NCBI GenBank assembly: GCA_050116835.1
Contig: JASFNW010000017.1
Span: forward strand, 1-32,000
Direction: 5' to 3'
Source of the DNA: Desulfobacterales bacterium
GTDB taxonomy: Bacteria; Desulfobacterota; Desulfobacteria; Desulfobacterales; JAHEIW01
DNA: 32,000 nt
A program made the position numbers and the translations under genes. Under the pieces are notes generated by a model that had not been told where the DNA came from, ran no database searches, and saw only the letters and a program-made list of their open reading frames with translations. Positions 1-7,913 of the stretch are shown here, in pieces. Numbering within the stretch: the stretch's first letter is position 1; each line of letters starts with the position of its first letter.

Positions 1-1647
1 AACTTCAGTCATCCGCCTGGCCGCTTCGATGCGCACCGCTTTGACCGGGTCATAAAGCATGGATGTTAGCAATTGTGTCTGGCGTTTAGGATCATTAACA
101 TTTATGTGATCGACAGCCGTGCGCCGAATCAGGGCTTCATCATCCAGCAATGCCAGTTCGTAAGCACGGCTGGTTTCTTTGCCGGTGTATGCTTCCAGGA
201 GCGATAAGGCCGTAGAACGCACAATGACCGGATACAATGGATCTGATGCCAGCTTGAGAAGATCTTTGTGCGCATCTGCCGATCCTTCCCGCCCCTCCGC
301 CAGGATGGTGCCGTAATGGGCCCTGCGGCCGGGTCCATACCATTTGGTGATATATTGATCGGACCACCGGTCGGTTTTGTCAACGTGGCAGCGGTTGCAG
401 GCATTGGGGGTGCCCAGTTTGATGCTCAAATCCGGCCGCGGGATCCGAAAACTGTGATCGGCGCGGTAATCGATGACCATGTAGGGTCGTTCCGGCATAT
501 GGCACTGGACACATTCAGCCCCCGTGCCCACCTCAAACAGTATTTTGCCATCCTTTGATTTGATCGGCTCCCCTTTTTCGCCCTTCCCCTTGTGGAAATG
601 GTGGACTTTGGTATCGTAAATGGCGGCCTTGTGGCATTGCAGACACAGCGCATTACCCTCTTTAACCTTTTTTATGCTGTGCACATCATGGCAATCGCTG
701 CAGCGCACGTTACGGCTATACATCTTGCTCTGGGTAAAAGAGCCGTAAACATAAACCTCTTCGAGGATCTGGCCGTCGGTGAAATACAACTCCGGGGTGA
801 GCAGACTGGGCAGCATGCTGTCCAGCAGATCCGGCTCGGCGTGGGTGTAATCTCCCAGTATTGCACGCCGGGCGTGGCAGGGGGCGCACAGCTCCACCTG
901 TGCTCGCGAATCCATGCCTTTTGTTTTGACCACCAATTGGTAATTAGCCGTTTGCGGCCGGGCCATATCCGGCAGCTCCGCCCACGCCACATGCCGTGAG
1001 CCGGGTCCATGGCAGGCCTCGCAGCTGACGTCGATTTCGGACCAGGTGGTGTTATAAGAATCGTTTGACATATCGTAGTTTTTTTTCAGATTGGTGGAAT
1101 GGCACTCGGCGCACATGCCGTTCCAGTTCTGGCCGGCATTGGTCCAGTAAAGCCAGTCTTTAGGATCGATGGGTGCATCCGGATACAAATGATACCAATT
1201 TTTTTTTTTCACATCCCAGGCGATGGGCAGACATTGCAATCGGCCGCCGGGAAAAGGCACCAGATATTGCTGCAGCGGGTACCAGCCGAAGGTATGGGTG
1301 ATTTCAAATTCGCCCATCTTGCCGTCCGGGCCCTGGGTGTGAACGAAAAATTTAGCATCCTGACGATAGAAACGGGAAGTGACGCCGTGAAATTCGACCT
1401 CCGCATTGTTAAAATCACCCAGGACGGTGGTGTCATCGGCAACTTCCATGGCGCGGTCGTGAAGCGAATTTTGCCACCTGTCGTACTCGGCTTTGTGGCA
1501 ACCCATGCATTTTTTGCTGCCGACAAAAGCGGCCATATGCCGGGGTGCAGGCGGACGGGCCAGGTATCTTTCCTTCAGCAGGTAAGCCGGAATGGAGAGA
1601 ATAATGATGAGGGTTGCAATCAGTCCGGTTATTTTCCAACGAGTCAT
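1..1647 (-). CDS. multihaem c-type cytochrome (8 CXXCH) with a HEAT-like repeat tail; the 3' end runs off the window
   Basis: Absent from the ORF track because the frame is open to the window edge. Manual minus-strand translation from the ATG at 1647 gives MTRWKITGLIATLIIILSIPAYLL (signal anchor). The frame is then uninterrupted to position 1. Haem motifs are CMGCH, CAECH, CEACH, CAPCH, CSDCH, CLQCH, CVQCH and CNRCH. The tail ...DPVKAVRIEAARRM resembles HEAT/PBS-lyase repeats. Plus-strand track ORFs 592..999 and 1099..1692 are antisense shadows. Confidence 0.85.
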   Translation of the reverse strand, partial: MTRWKITGLIATLIIILSIPAYLLKERYLARPPAPRHMAAFVGSKKCMGCHKAEYDRWQNSLHDRAMEVADDTTVLGDFNNAEVEFHGVTSRFYRQDAKFFVHTQGPDGKMGEFEITHTFGWYPLQQYLVPFPGGRLQCLPIAWDVKKKNWYHLYPDAPIDPKDWLYWTNAGQNWNGMCAECHSTNLKKNYDMSNDSYNTTWSEIDVSCEACHGPGSRHVAWAELPDMARPQTANYQLVVKTKGMDSRAQVELCAPCHARRAILGDYTHAEPDLLDSMLPSLLTPELYFTDGQILEEVYVYGSFTQSKMYSRNVRCSDCHDVHSIKKVKEGNALCLQCHKAAIYDTKVHHFHKGKGEKGEPIKSKDGKILFEVGTGAECVQCHMPERPYMVIDYRADHSFRIPRPDLSIKLGTPNACNRCHVDKTDRWSDQYITKWYGPGRRAHYGTILAEGREGSADAHKDLLKLASDPLYPVIVRSTALSLLEAYTGKETSRAYELALLDDEALIRRTAVDHINVNDPKRQTQLLTSMLYDPVKAVRIEAARRMTEV

Positions 1648-1654
1648 AGTTTTC

Positions 1655-1779
1655 TTAGACAGGATTACCAGGTTAAATTAAAATCTCTTTAGACAGGATT
1701 ACAGGATTAACAGGATAAGTTAAAAACTTTACTTTTCTCTTGCTAATACAATCCTGTCGATCCTGTTATCCCGTCTAAG
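1655..1779. repeat. palindromic ACAGGAT-unit element, short copy A (half-arm 1655-1676, left arm 1689-1719, right arm 1749-1779)
   Basis: The left arm is TTAGACAGGATTACAGGATTAACAGGATAAG. The right arm is CAATCCTGTCGATCCTGTTATCCCGTCTAAG. The two are imperfect reverse complements (about 24 of 30) separated by about 30 nt. Each arm holds three ACAGGAT units. Confidence 0.7.
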
Positions 1780-1790
1780 CTTTCATCCAA

Positions 1791-2315
1791 TCAAACTTTC
1801 TTTTTCGGATACGTCACTTGATCGACGCGAAAGGTGCTGCGTTTGATCGGTCTACGCGTATCGACTTTGATGATGTTGTTTTCAATGCTTATCGGATAGA
1901 TGTCCAGCGCCCGGGGAGCCGGTGCCTCGATGACATTTCCGGTAATATCAAAAGCCGATCCATGGCAGGGACAGGCAAACTTCATCTCATTTTCAACCCA
2001 GGGAACCGTACAGCCCAGGTGGGTACATGTGCGCGATAAAGCCAAAAATCCGCCGTCTCCCAGCCGTGCCAGGTAAAACTTTCCCCGTACAAATGCGGTT
2101 ACCGAATTCGGTTTAAATCTTTCGACTGCTCCTGCAGTGATGATTGAAACAGTGTCTTCTCCCCGGACTTTTGATTTGTCCGGTCGCAGAAAAGCAAATG
2201 CCACGGTAATAAATTCAACCAGGGCAACACCACCCAAAATAAGCCAGAGGATATTTAAAAAGGATCTTCTGTTTGGTTCATTATCCGATTTCTTTTCCTT
2301 AGCCATATTAGACAT
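1791..2315 (-). CDS. Rieske [2Fe-2S] iron-sulfur subunit of a cytochrome bc-type complex
   Basis: Rieske boxes CTHLGC and CPCHGS are present. The N-terminus has NRRSFLN (Tat-like) followed by a TM helix. Confidence 0.9.
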   Translation of the reverse strand: MSNMAKEKKSDNEPNRRSFLNILWLILGGVALVEFITVAFAFLRPDKSKVRGEDTVSIITAGAVERFKPNSVTAFVRGKFYLARLGDGGFLALSRTCTHLGCTVPWVENEMKFACPCHGSAFDITGNVIEAPAPRALDIYPISIENNIIKVDTRRPIKRSTFRVDQVTYPKKKV

Positions 2316-2348
2316 AATTTTCTTTTGTTCCTGATTTTTTTTTGTTTT

Positions 2349-2379
2349 TTAGACAGGATTACAGGATTTACAGGATAAC
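2349..2379. repeat. left arm of ACAGGAT-unit element, copy B
   Basis: TTAGACAGGATTACAGGATTTACAGGATAAC is near-identical to the left arm of copy A (2 mismatches). It lies 10 nt from the stop of the GxxExxY pseudogene. Confidence 0.7.
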
Positions 2380-2389
2380 AAAAAAAAAT

Positions 2390-2761
2390 TTATAATAGAT
2401 CTTTGAGTTTTCGTTTGACTTCGACTCTTCTTTCACCAAAGTTCAAAAGTAGACCGATAGGTTTGCCTGTGGCGACAAGGTAATTGACCAACTGCACCTC
2501 ATGTGCTCTGACAACTCGTCTGACTGATTTAAGCTCTAAGATTATCGTATCATCGACAATTATATCAGCCACAAAGTCTCCCACGATTTCGTCGTCGTAA
2601 GATACTTTAATCGGTTTTCGTGATTCCGGATTTAATCCATCCTTTCTTAGCTCGATAAGCATACATTTTTCATAAACTTACTCAAGAAAGCCAAATCCCA
2701 TGCGGTTGTATACGCGATATGCGCAGCCGATAATTTTTTCTGTTAATTCTCTGTATTCCAT
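2390..2761 (-). pseudogene. GxxExxY-family (PD-(D/E)XK-like) protein gene interrupted by an in-frame TAA
   Basis: The minus-strand ATG at 2761 follows a strong SD (GGAGGAGG). Translation gives MEYRELTEKIIGCAYRVYNRMGFGFLE*VYEKCMLIELRKDG...ELKSV...GLLLNFG. The TAA at 2678-2680 sits inside the family motif G-F-L-E-*-V-Y. The track ORF 2390..2662 is only the part after the stop. Confidence 0.75.
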
Positions 2762-2826
2762 ATTGCCTCCTCCAGGCTATGATAAATTATTTTGATAAGA
2801 TATTTTAGACATATCCTTTATTAATC

Positions 2827-2856
2827 AATCCTGTTGATCCTGTTATCCTGTCCTGA
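2827..2856. repeat. right arm of ACAGGAT-unit element, copy B
   Basis: CAATCCTGTTGATCCTGTTATCCTGTCCTG is near-identical to the right arm of copy A and inverted relative to 2349-2379. A further partial unit (ACGGGAT) lies at 2872-2878. Confidence 0.7.
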
Positions 2857-2911
2857 TTTTTTATTTTTTTAAACGGGATTATGTTTTTATCTTTTAATCC
2901 AATCTTCTGGC

Positions 2912-4429
2912 TCACGGCCACACCAATGCCACTTCCTTTCCACGAAACCAGATACCGGTAATCGTCAAAATGATAAAGGCAACCACTAATAGGACGAAAA
3001 CGGTTTGAATTGATTCGTTATTTGACGCAGCGTATTTTTTCTTCACCAGCCAATAAAACATGATGATACCCGCCAGAACAAATGCCGCCGGTAAAACGCC
3101 GTTACTGACAACCGAAGGCAGCCCAGGTAACCAGGCGGCAAAATCGATCACAAATTCATCTGCGACAATGCTGATCGGCGTTACGATAATGGCTACCAGC
3201 GCTGCCACAACAGCCATCCTGCGCCCCTTGAGAGATACGAACCACACGCCGGCTGTATCTGCCTGATAATTAAAATAAGGAATGCTGACCAGTGCAATCA
3301 ACATAAAAGTCGGCAGAATAAAAAAGGCAAACAGCGGGTGAAAGTGCAGGAGCAGCTCCTGGATGCCGGCAAAATACCAGGGCGCTTTAGTCGGATTGGG
3401 GCTCAGCCCCGGATTGGCTTTTGCTCCCAGGGGAGCATTATAAAAGACCGCGATTACCATGATAACTGCAATTAACACCAGAGCAACGACGATCTCTCTT
3501 AAAATCAAGTTTGGAATGGTGGGTACCTTCTCATCCCCGCTGCCCTTGTCTTCAGCCGGCCTGCGGGGAATTACCAATCCGCCGGCTTTACGCACCCGCC
3601 AGAAGTGCCATGGTAGCAAGATAATGAGACAGGCGGGAATGATGGCCGTGTGGATAGCAAAGAAAGTAGATAAGGTCGCCGGTCCGATATCGTTGCCGCC
3701 ACGGATGAGCGCTTGCAGCCATTCACCAATGCCGGGAATATATTCCAGCATACCGGTGCAAATCGTAATGGCCCAAAAGGCAAGCTGGTCCCAGGGCAGC
3801 AGATAACCGGTAATATTTGAAGTCAGCACTGCCAGAAACATTACCAGGCCGATGATCCAGTTGAACTGCCGCGGCGAATGAAATGCGCCCGTGAAAAATA
3901 CGCGCAGGAAGTGCAGAAAAACAATAATCAACAGCAGATTTCCGCTCCAGTGATGAAGATTGCGGATCAGTTGTCCAAAGGGCACATTGTGAAGATGAAT
4001 AATTGACTCGTACGCGCGGTCGGGTACCGGCTGGTAAACAAATTTCAACATCAGGCCTGTAGCAAACAAAAGGCAAATCAGCACCACAGCCATGCCGCCA
4101 AGACCCCATGTAAGTGTGAATCGGAGGGTGCGTTCCCGAACGCTGTGCGGACGAAAGTGGAGAATCAGGCTATTGAAAAAGCTTCGATAACGCTCACGAT
4201 ATTCTGGTCTTTGCAGAGTACCGGGAAAAATGGAATAGCGGATACGCTGAAACAGGTTGAGCCGATCCGGCATGGCATTGTTGGCTGGCATATAAGACGC
4301 TTTCTGAAAATCAGGAGACTCGTTAAACGCAACAGCATCCATATCCCGCATACACGTACCTGTCAATGCCAGTGTCGAACACGGATGGCGGAATAATAGA
4401 TTTTGCAACAATACCTTAACAGTTTTCAA
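2912..4429 (-). CDS. cytochrome b (fused b/b6 N-terminal and subunit-IV-like C-terminal domains)
   Basis: It is a polytopic membrane protein. Helices carry RNLHHWSGNLLLIIVFLHFLRVFFTGAF and further His residues, as in cytochrome b. It lies upstream of the Rieske and cytochrome c genes on the same strand. The start is uncertain (for example Met27 at 4351). Confidence 0.85.
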   Translation of the reverse strand: MKTVKVLLQNLLFRHPCSTLALTGTCMRDMDAVAFNESPDFQKASYMPANNAMPDRLNLFQRIRYSIFPGTLQRPEYRERYRSFFNSLILHFRPHSVRERTLRFTLTWGLGGMAVVLICLLFATGLMLKFVYQPVPDRAYESIIHLHNVPFGQLIRNLHHWSGNLLLIIVFLHFLRVFFTGAFHSPRQFNWIIGLVMFLAVLTSNITGYLLPWDQLAFWAITICTGMLEYIPGIGEWLQALIRGGNDIGPATLSTFFAIHTAIIPACLIILLPWHFWRVRKAGGLVIPRRPAEDKGSGDEKVPTIPNLILREIVVALVLIAVIMVIAVFYNAPLGAKANPGLSPNPTKAPWYFAGIQELLLHFHPLFAFFILPTFMLIALVSIPYFNYQADTAGVWFVSLKGRRMAVVAALVAIIVTPISIVADEFVIDFAAWLPGLPSVVSNGVLPAAFVLAGIIMFYWLVKKKYAASNNESIQTVFVLLVVAFIILTITGIWFRGKEVALVWP

Positions 4430-4446
4430 TCTGTTGAATTATTAGG

Positions 4447-4635
4447 TTTCACGCCTTTCATCATAGTCACAAATTTTTGGTGAAATGATCGAGGATCCTC
4501 ATTTTTGACCAGACCATTTCAAACGCTGCCGATTCATGGGCACGGAAAGTTAAAGTCTCCCGTCTTCAAAAAATTTTAAAACAATTACAGACAGCTAAAA
4601 TATTGATGGCCCTGGATTGTGCCCATTTTTATGCC
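4447..4635. repeat. dispersed ~190-bp element, copy X1
   Basis: It aligns with 7485-7673 in the same orientation. Shared blocks are AAATTTTTGGTGAAATGATCGAGG (identical 24-mer, 4471-4494), GCTGCCGATTCATGGGCACGG, CTTCAAAA.AATTT and ATTGTGCCC. Confidence 0.65.
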
Positions 4636-4640
4636 TATTC

Positions 4641-4678
4641 AAACAAAAAAAAGCACCTACGAAAAATTTCGTAAGTGC
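4641..4678 (-). terminator. rho-independent terminator (minus strand)
   Basis: The minus-strand RNA forms GCACUUACGAAA/UUUCGUAGGUGC (one G-U pair) followed by UUUUUUUUGUUUG. It lies immediately 3' of the tRNA-Phe relic. Confidence 0.6.
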
Positions 4679-4687
4679 CTGAAATCA

Positions 4688-4720
4688 TGGTGCCAAGGGA
4701 CAGAATTGGTACGGCTGGCA
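4688..4720 (-). other. decayed relic of the tRNA-Phe 3' end (candidate old att remnant)
   Basis: TGGTGCCAAGGGACAGAAT matches 18 of 19 nt of the 3' end of the intact tRNA-Phe at 23016 (TGGTGCCGAGGGACAGAAT), in the same orientation. The similarity then degrades. Confidence 0.5.
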
Positions 4721-4788
4721 CTATGTCTTTTGTAAGTTCCTGATAATGTTTGATTTATGGGACCTAAGGGCAACTTTATGTTCCCCTT

Positions 4789-4831
4789 TTGGATACAATT
4801 TGGATACAGCTTAGCAGGAATTATTGGATAC
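4789..4831 (+). repeat. three direct TTGGATAC repeats
   Basis: TTGGATAC occurs at 4789, 4800 and 4824. These lie between the stop of the 4856..5221 gene and the tRNA relic. Confidence 0.5.
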
Positions 4832-4855
4832 TGTCGAGGTCAATCAAAGAACCTT

Positions 4856-5221
4856 CTAATACCCTTTCACCCAATCCTCAGCTAATTTCAGATCAGTAAA
4901 CACCCTGATTTCAAACGGCAGACTTTCGGCAGCGCTAATAAAAAATTCTGCCATTGCCTTTTGAATGCCTGTCGCGACAACTAATGCAGTTTTAGTCCGG
5001 CTTGCATTCTCAGGGTAATTTTCCTCAATAAAGTCTCTTAACTTGAACAATTCAATATAGTTTAAATTTACCGGCCCGTCATGAAACACCCAGATGTCAT
5101 TCTTCTCAGGAAATTCATCCAATTTTAGCTCTGTTGCGATACCTTCCCAAATCTCCCAGTATTCAACCTCGCTCGGCTCGACTAGAATGTAGTCCTCTTT
5201 GACTGTTATCTTTGGCTTCAT
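4856..5221 (-). CDS. hypothetical protein, possibly SpoIIAA/STAS-like fold
   Basis: It is a clean 121-aa ORF. The pattern ...TKTALVVATG...LPFEIRVFTDLKLAEDWV resembles STAS/SpoIIAA-like domains. The functional call is weak. Confidence 0.55.
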   Translation of the reverse strand: MKPKITVKEDYILVEPSEVEYWEIWEGIATELKLDEFPEKNDIWVFHDGPVNLNYIELFKLRDFIEENYPENASRTKTALVVATGIQKAMAEFFISAAESLPFEIRVFTDLKLAEDWVKGY

Positions 5222-5466
5222 TTTCGGGATGGTACGAGTTGAAGCAGCGTTATTTAGGAATGGTTCTCATTAAGGTTTATCTTACCATCCTGTTGGAAGT
5301 ATGGTCAAGAAGTCTTTATCATCCTATGGTCCCTCGACGAGTCCACACAAGAAAAATCCATGCCACCAGCCGACTGACGCGAGGAATGTTAGATCTGTCG
5401 TTTACTTTTGCTACTCTCAGGATTGGATTAAAAAGTGAAAATAGTGTCTTTGAAAAAAATCTAAAC

Positions 5467-5604
5467 TTAACTATCTCTACTGTGCTCCTGCCTCCCGGCG
5501 GTATTGCCATCTGAATCCTTCTTGAAATAAAGCCAGATCAGGACGCCAATGAAAGCAAATACCCAAATGTTAAGAAGGGTGTCGATCACATTTTTTAAGG
5601 ACAT
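5467..5604 (-). CDS. candidate 45-aa single-TM small protein translationally coupled to the BCCT transporter
   Basis: The sequence is MSLKNVIDTLLNIWVFAFIGVLIWLYFKKDSDGNTAGRQEHSRDS. Its ATG overlaps the BCCT stop (TGATG), and GAGGTGG lies 4-6 nt upstream. It is below the track length cut-off. Confidence 0.4.
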   Translation of the reverse strand: MSLKNVIDTLLNIWVFAFIGVLIWLYFKKDSDGNTAGRQEHSRDS

Positions 5605-7088
5605 CAAACCACCTCTGACTTAAGGGCTTTTAACAAACACATCACAATCAACAGGACAATAAAAATAAAGGGTAACGCTGCCAAGCCAATGATACTCTTC
5701 ACAGCGTCGATACTATTCGCAAGGATCATTACCAGCCCGAGGGCTCCCAGGATGACGCCCCATATAAGCTTGGTCTTTGTCGGCGGGTTCAGGTCTCCAC
5801 CGCTGGCAAACATTGAAAGTACGAAGGAAGCGCTGACCACACTTGTCACCACAAAAAGAAAAGCTGCCAGAACGGTGGCAACGCTTGTCAGGGTGCTCAA
5901 CGGCAGATACCTGAGTACAAAAAATGTTACGTCATTAATATTTGTCTTCACCACCTCCAGAATCGCCGCATCGAGCCTCAGCACCCCAAAGAACCCGGCG
6001 CTGCCAAAAACCCCGAACCAGAAAATCGAAAAAAAAGTGGGCACCAGCATGACGCCCAAAAGATATTCCCGGATGGTACGGCCCTTTGATATGCGTGCAA
6101 TAAAAACACCGACAAAAGGGGCCCAGGCAAACCACCAGACCATGAAGGTCAGCGTCCAGGATTGAAACCAGGAGGTGACTTCTTCATCAAAAAAGGTATA
6201 GGTTTTAAAACCCTGCGGAATCACCCGGAAAAAGTAGTCGCCGATTGATCCGACAATTCCACTCATCATAAAGAAGGTCGGACCGGTAAGAAGCACGAAG
6301 ATCATGAGCCCGCCCGCAATAGCCATCGCTGTATTGGAAAGCGTTGCCATACCTTTGCTCAGATCCACCATCAAGGGTAGGATGTAAGCCAGGCAGAGCA
6401 CCGCAAAGATTACCACAGCGAGCCTGTGACCGGAATCAGAAAGGCCGAAAATTGACTCGACGCCGCTTTGAATCTGAAATACCCCCATGGCGATGGATCC
6501 ACCGATGCCGATGGCGATGGCATAGATGGCCAACAGGTCACTCAACCAGCCGACGCTTCTTGTCCAGAGCCGCTGACCAAAAACGGCTTTCATCGGAGCG
6601 CTCACCAGGGTGGGAAAACCTCTGCGAAAGCTGAAATAGGCCATAACCAGACCCGTGACCGCATAGATGGCCCAGGCATGAAGCCCCCAGTGAAAGTTTG
6701 TAATAAAGAGTGCATGTTCTGCAGCACGAAAATCGTCGGTGTAGTCACGAATAACCTTAAAGTGAGAAAGGGGTTCAGCCGTTCCCCAGAAAAGCAACCC
6801 CACGCCCATCCCGGCTGCAAAAAGCATGGTCAACCAGCTGACCGTGGAAAATTCGGGCTCATCATCGTCCTTGCCGAGTTTGATCTTGCCATAGCGGGAA
6901 AAGGCCAACCAGATACTCAGGATCAAAAGCAGGCTTACCGAAAGCATGATAAACCAACTGCGGCTGGTAAAGAGGAAACCTGTCAGCATTGCGGAAAATC
7001 CGGCCAATCCCGCTGTGTCAATAATACCCCACAACGCGACAAGGCCGGTCAAAGCGAGCGCGATAAGCAGCAATGGATTTTTAAACAT
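5604..7088 (-). CDS. BCCT-family (betaine/carnitine/choline) transporter
   Basis: It has 12-TM-like hydrophobicity. The family signature WTLTFMVWWFAWAPFVGVFIARISKGRTIREY is present. A good SD (AAGGAGAGG) precedes the ATG. Confidence 0.9.
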   Translation of the reverse strand: MFKNPLLLIALALTGLVALWGIIDTAGLAGFSAMLTGFLFTSRSWFIMLSVSLLLILSIWLAFSRYGKIKLGKDDDEPEFSTVSWLTMLFAAGMGVGLLFWGTAEPLSHFKVIRDYTDDFRAAEHALFITNFHWGLHAWAIYAVTGLVMAYFSFRRGFPTLVSAPMKAVFGQRLWTRSVGWLSDLLAIYAIAIGIGGSIAMGVFQIQSGVESIFGLSDSGHRLAVVIFAVLCLAYILPLMVDLSKGMATLSNTAMAIAGGLMIFVLLTGPTFFMMSGIVGSIGDYFFRVIPQGFKTYTFFDEEVTSWFQSWTLTFMVWWFAWAPFVGVFIARISKGRTIREYLLGVMLVPTFFSIFWFGVFGSAGFFGVLRLDAAILEVVKTNINDVTFFVLRYLPLSTLTSVATVLAAFLFVVTSVVSASFVLSMFASGGDLNPPTKTKLIWGVILGALGLVMILANSIDAVKSIIGLAALPFIFIVLLIVMCLLKALKSEVV

Positions 7089-7484
7089 TGCCTCTCCTTT
7101 ACGTCAACCCTTGATATATTAAGCGTATTGCAGGTTCGCACGATTTACAGACACCATATACTTATCACAACATCAATCTGCACTGCAACACACTTCCGGT
7201 TATTTGACGACGTCTTTTGATCGCTTCAGATGCCCAATGTTCATCCCGTAATTGCTATGATCCACGACCTTCTCTTTCGGTATTTTTGGCTGGAATCTTT
7301 TGATGTATCTACCTTTTGTCTGTCATTCGAGAGCATAACCAAGAAACATCGAAATGCGGTGGTCAAGTATATCACGTTCGGCTAGGGTGGTGTAATTTCG
7401 GTCGGTTAAGGAGTGCGAGCATTCCTATCCGGTCAAACCTGAATCCTACCAAAAGAGCACCTATTCAATTTTTTATTTTAGTTC

Positions 7485-7673
7485 TTTTCACCTTCCAGCA
7501 TCATCATAAATTTTTGGTGAAATGATCGAGGCTTCTCAGAAGTTACCAGACAAGTTTAAGTGCTGCCGCATTCATGGGCACGGGGATTGAAAATTTCCCT
7601 GCCTTCAAAAGAATTTCGTCTTCTATTATTAGGTTATACTGACACCCAATGTGAATTGTGCCCGCCTTTGGAC
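7485..7673. repeat. dispersed ~190-bp element, copy X2
   Basis: See X1. The identical 24-mer is at 7508-7531, and GCTGCCGCATTCATGGGCACGG is at 7562-7583. It lies in an 825-bp ORF-poor gap (7089-7913). Confidence 0.65.
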
Positions 7674-7913
7674 CCTTTTAAATATGATTTTCAACCCTTT
7701 TCCCGATTTTTTTCTAAGTTTTAGCAGATTTTGAAAATTTTTCTCGCACGAATTCTCACACAACTGAAACCCATTTTCACACATTTTTGCTTAAATCCAC
7801 CCTACCCTTATTTTGCCGTTTATACATTACCACCCATATTTGTAAAAGTTTAGTGAATTTACGGTTCAGGATGCCGACATCGGATCCAACAACATTGAAG
7901 GTAAAATTTTCGG

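Noticed and set aside
592-1692. Plus-strand ORFs of 135 aa and 197 aa, plus several short minus-strand ORFs in the track.
   Set aside because: The whole region is covered by one uninterrupted minus-strand frame with eight CXXCH motifs. The listed ORFs are off-frame shadows.
1655-2880. A possible CRISPR-like array, because of the repeated ACAGGAT units.
   Set aside because: The units are 7 nt long, spaced 9-10 nt apart and arranged as inverted arms. There are no unique spacers and no cas genes.
6468-7220. A 250-aa plus-strand ORF.
   Set aside because: It lies antisense to the well-supported BCCT transporter. It is Arg/Gly/Pro-rich with no recognisable motifs.
7574-7590. A sigma-54-like promoter, GGCACG-N4-TTGA, in X2 (and the weaker GGCACG-N4-GTTA in X1 at 4538-4553).
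   Set aside because: The invariant -12 GC is missing. The orientation points away from any nearby plus-strand gene.
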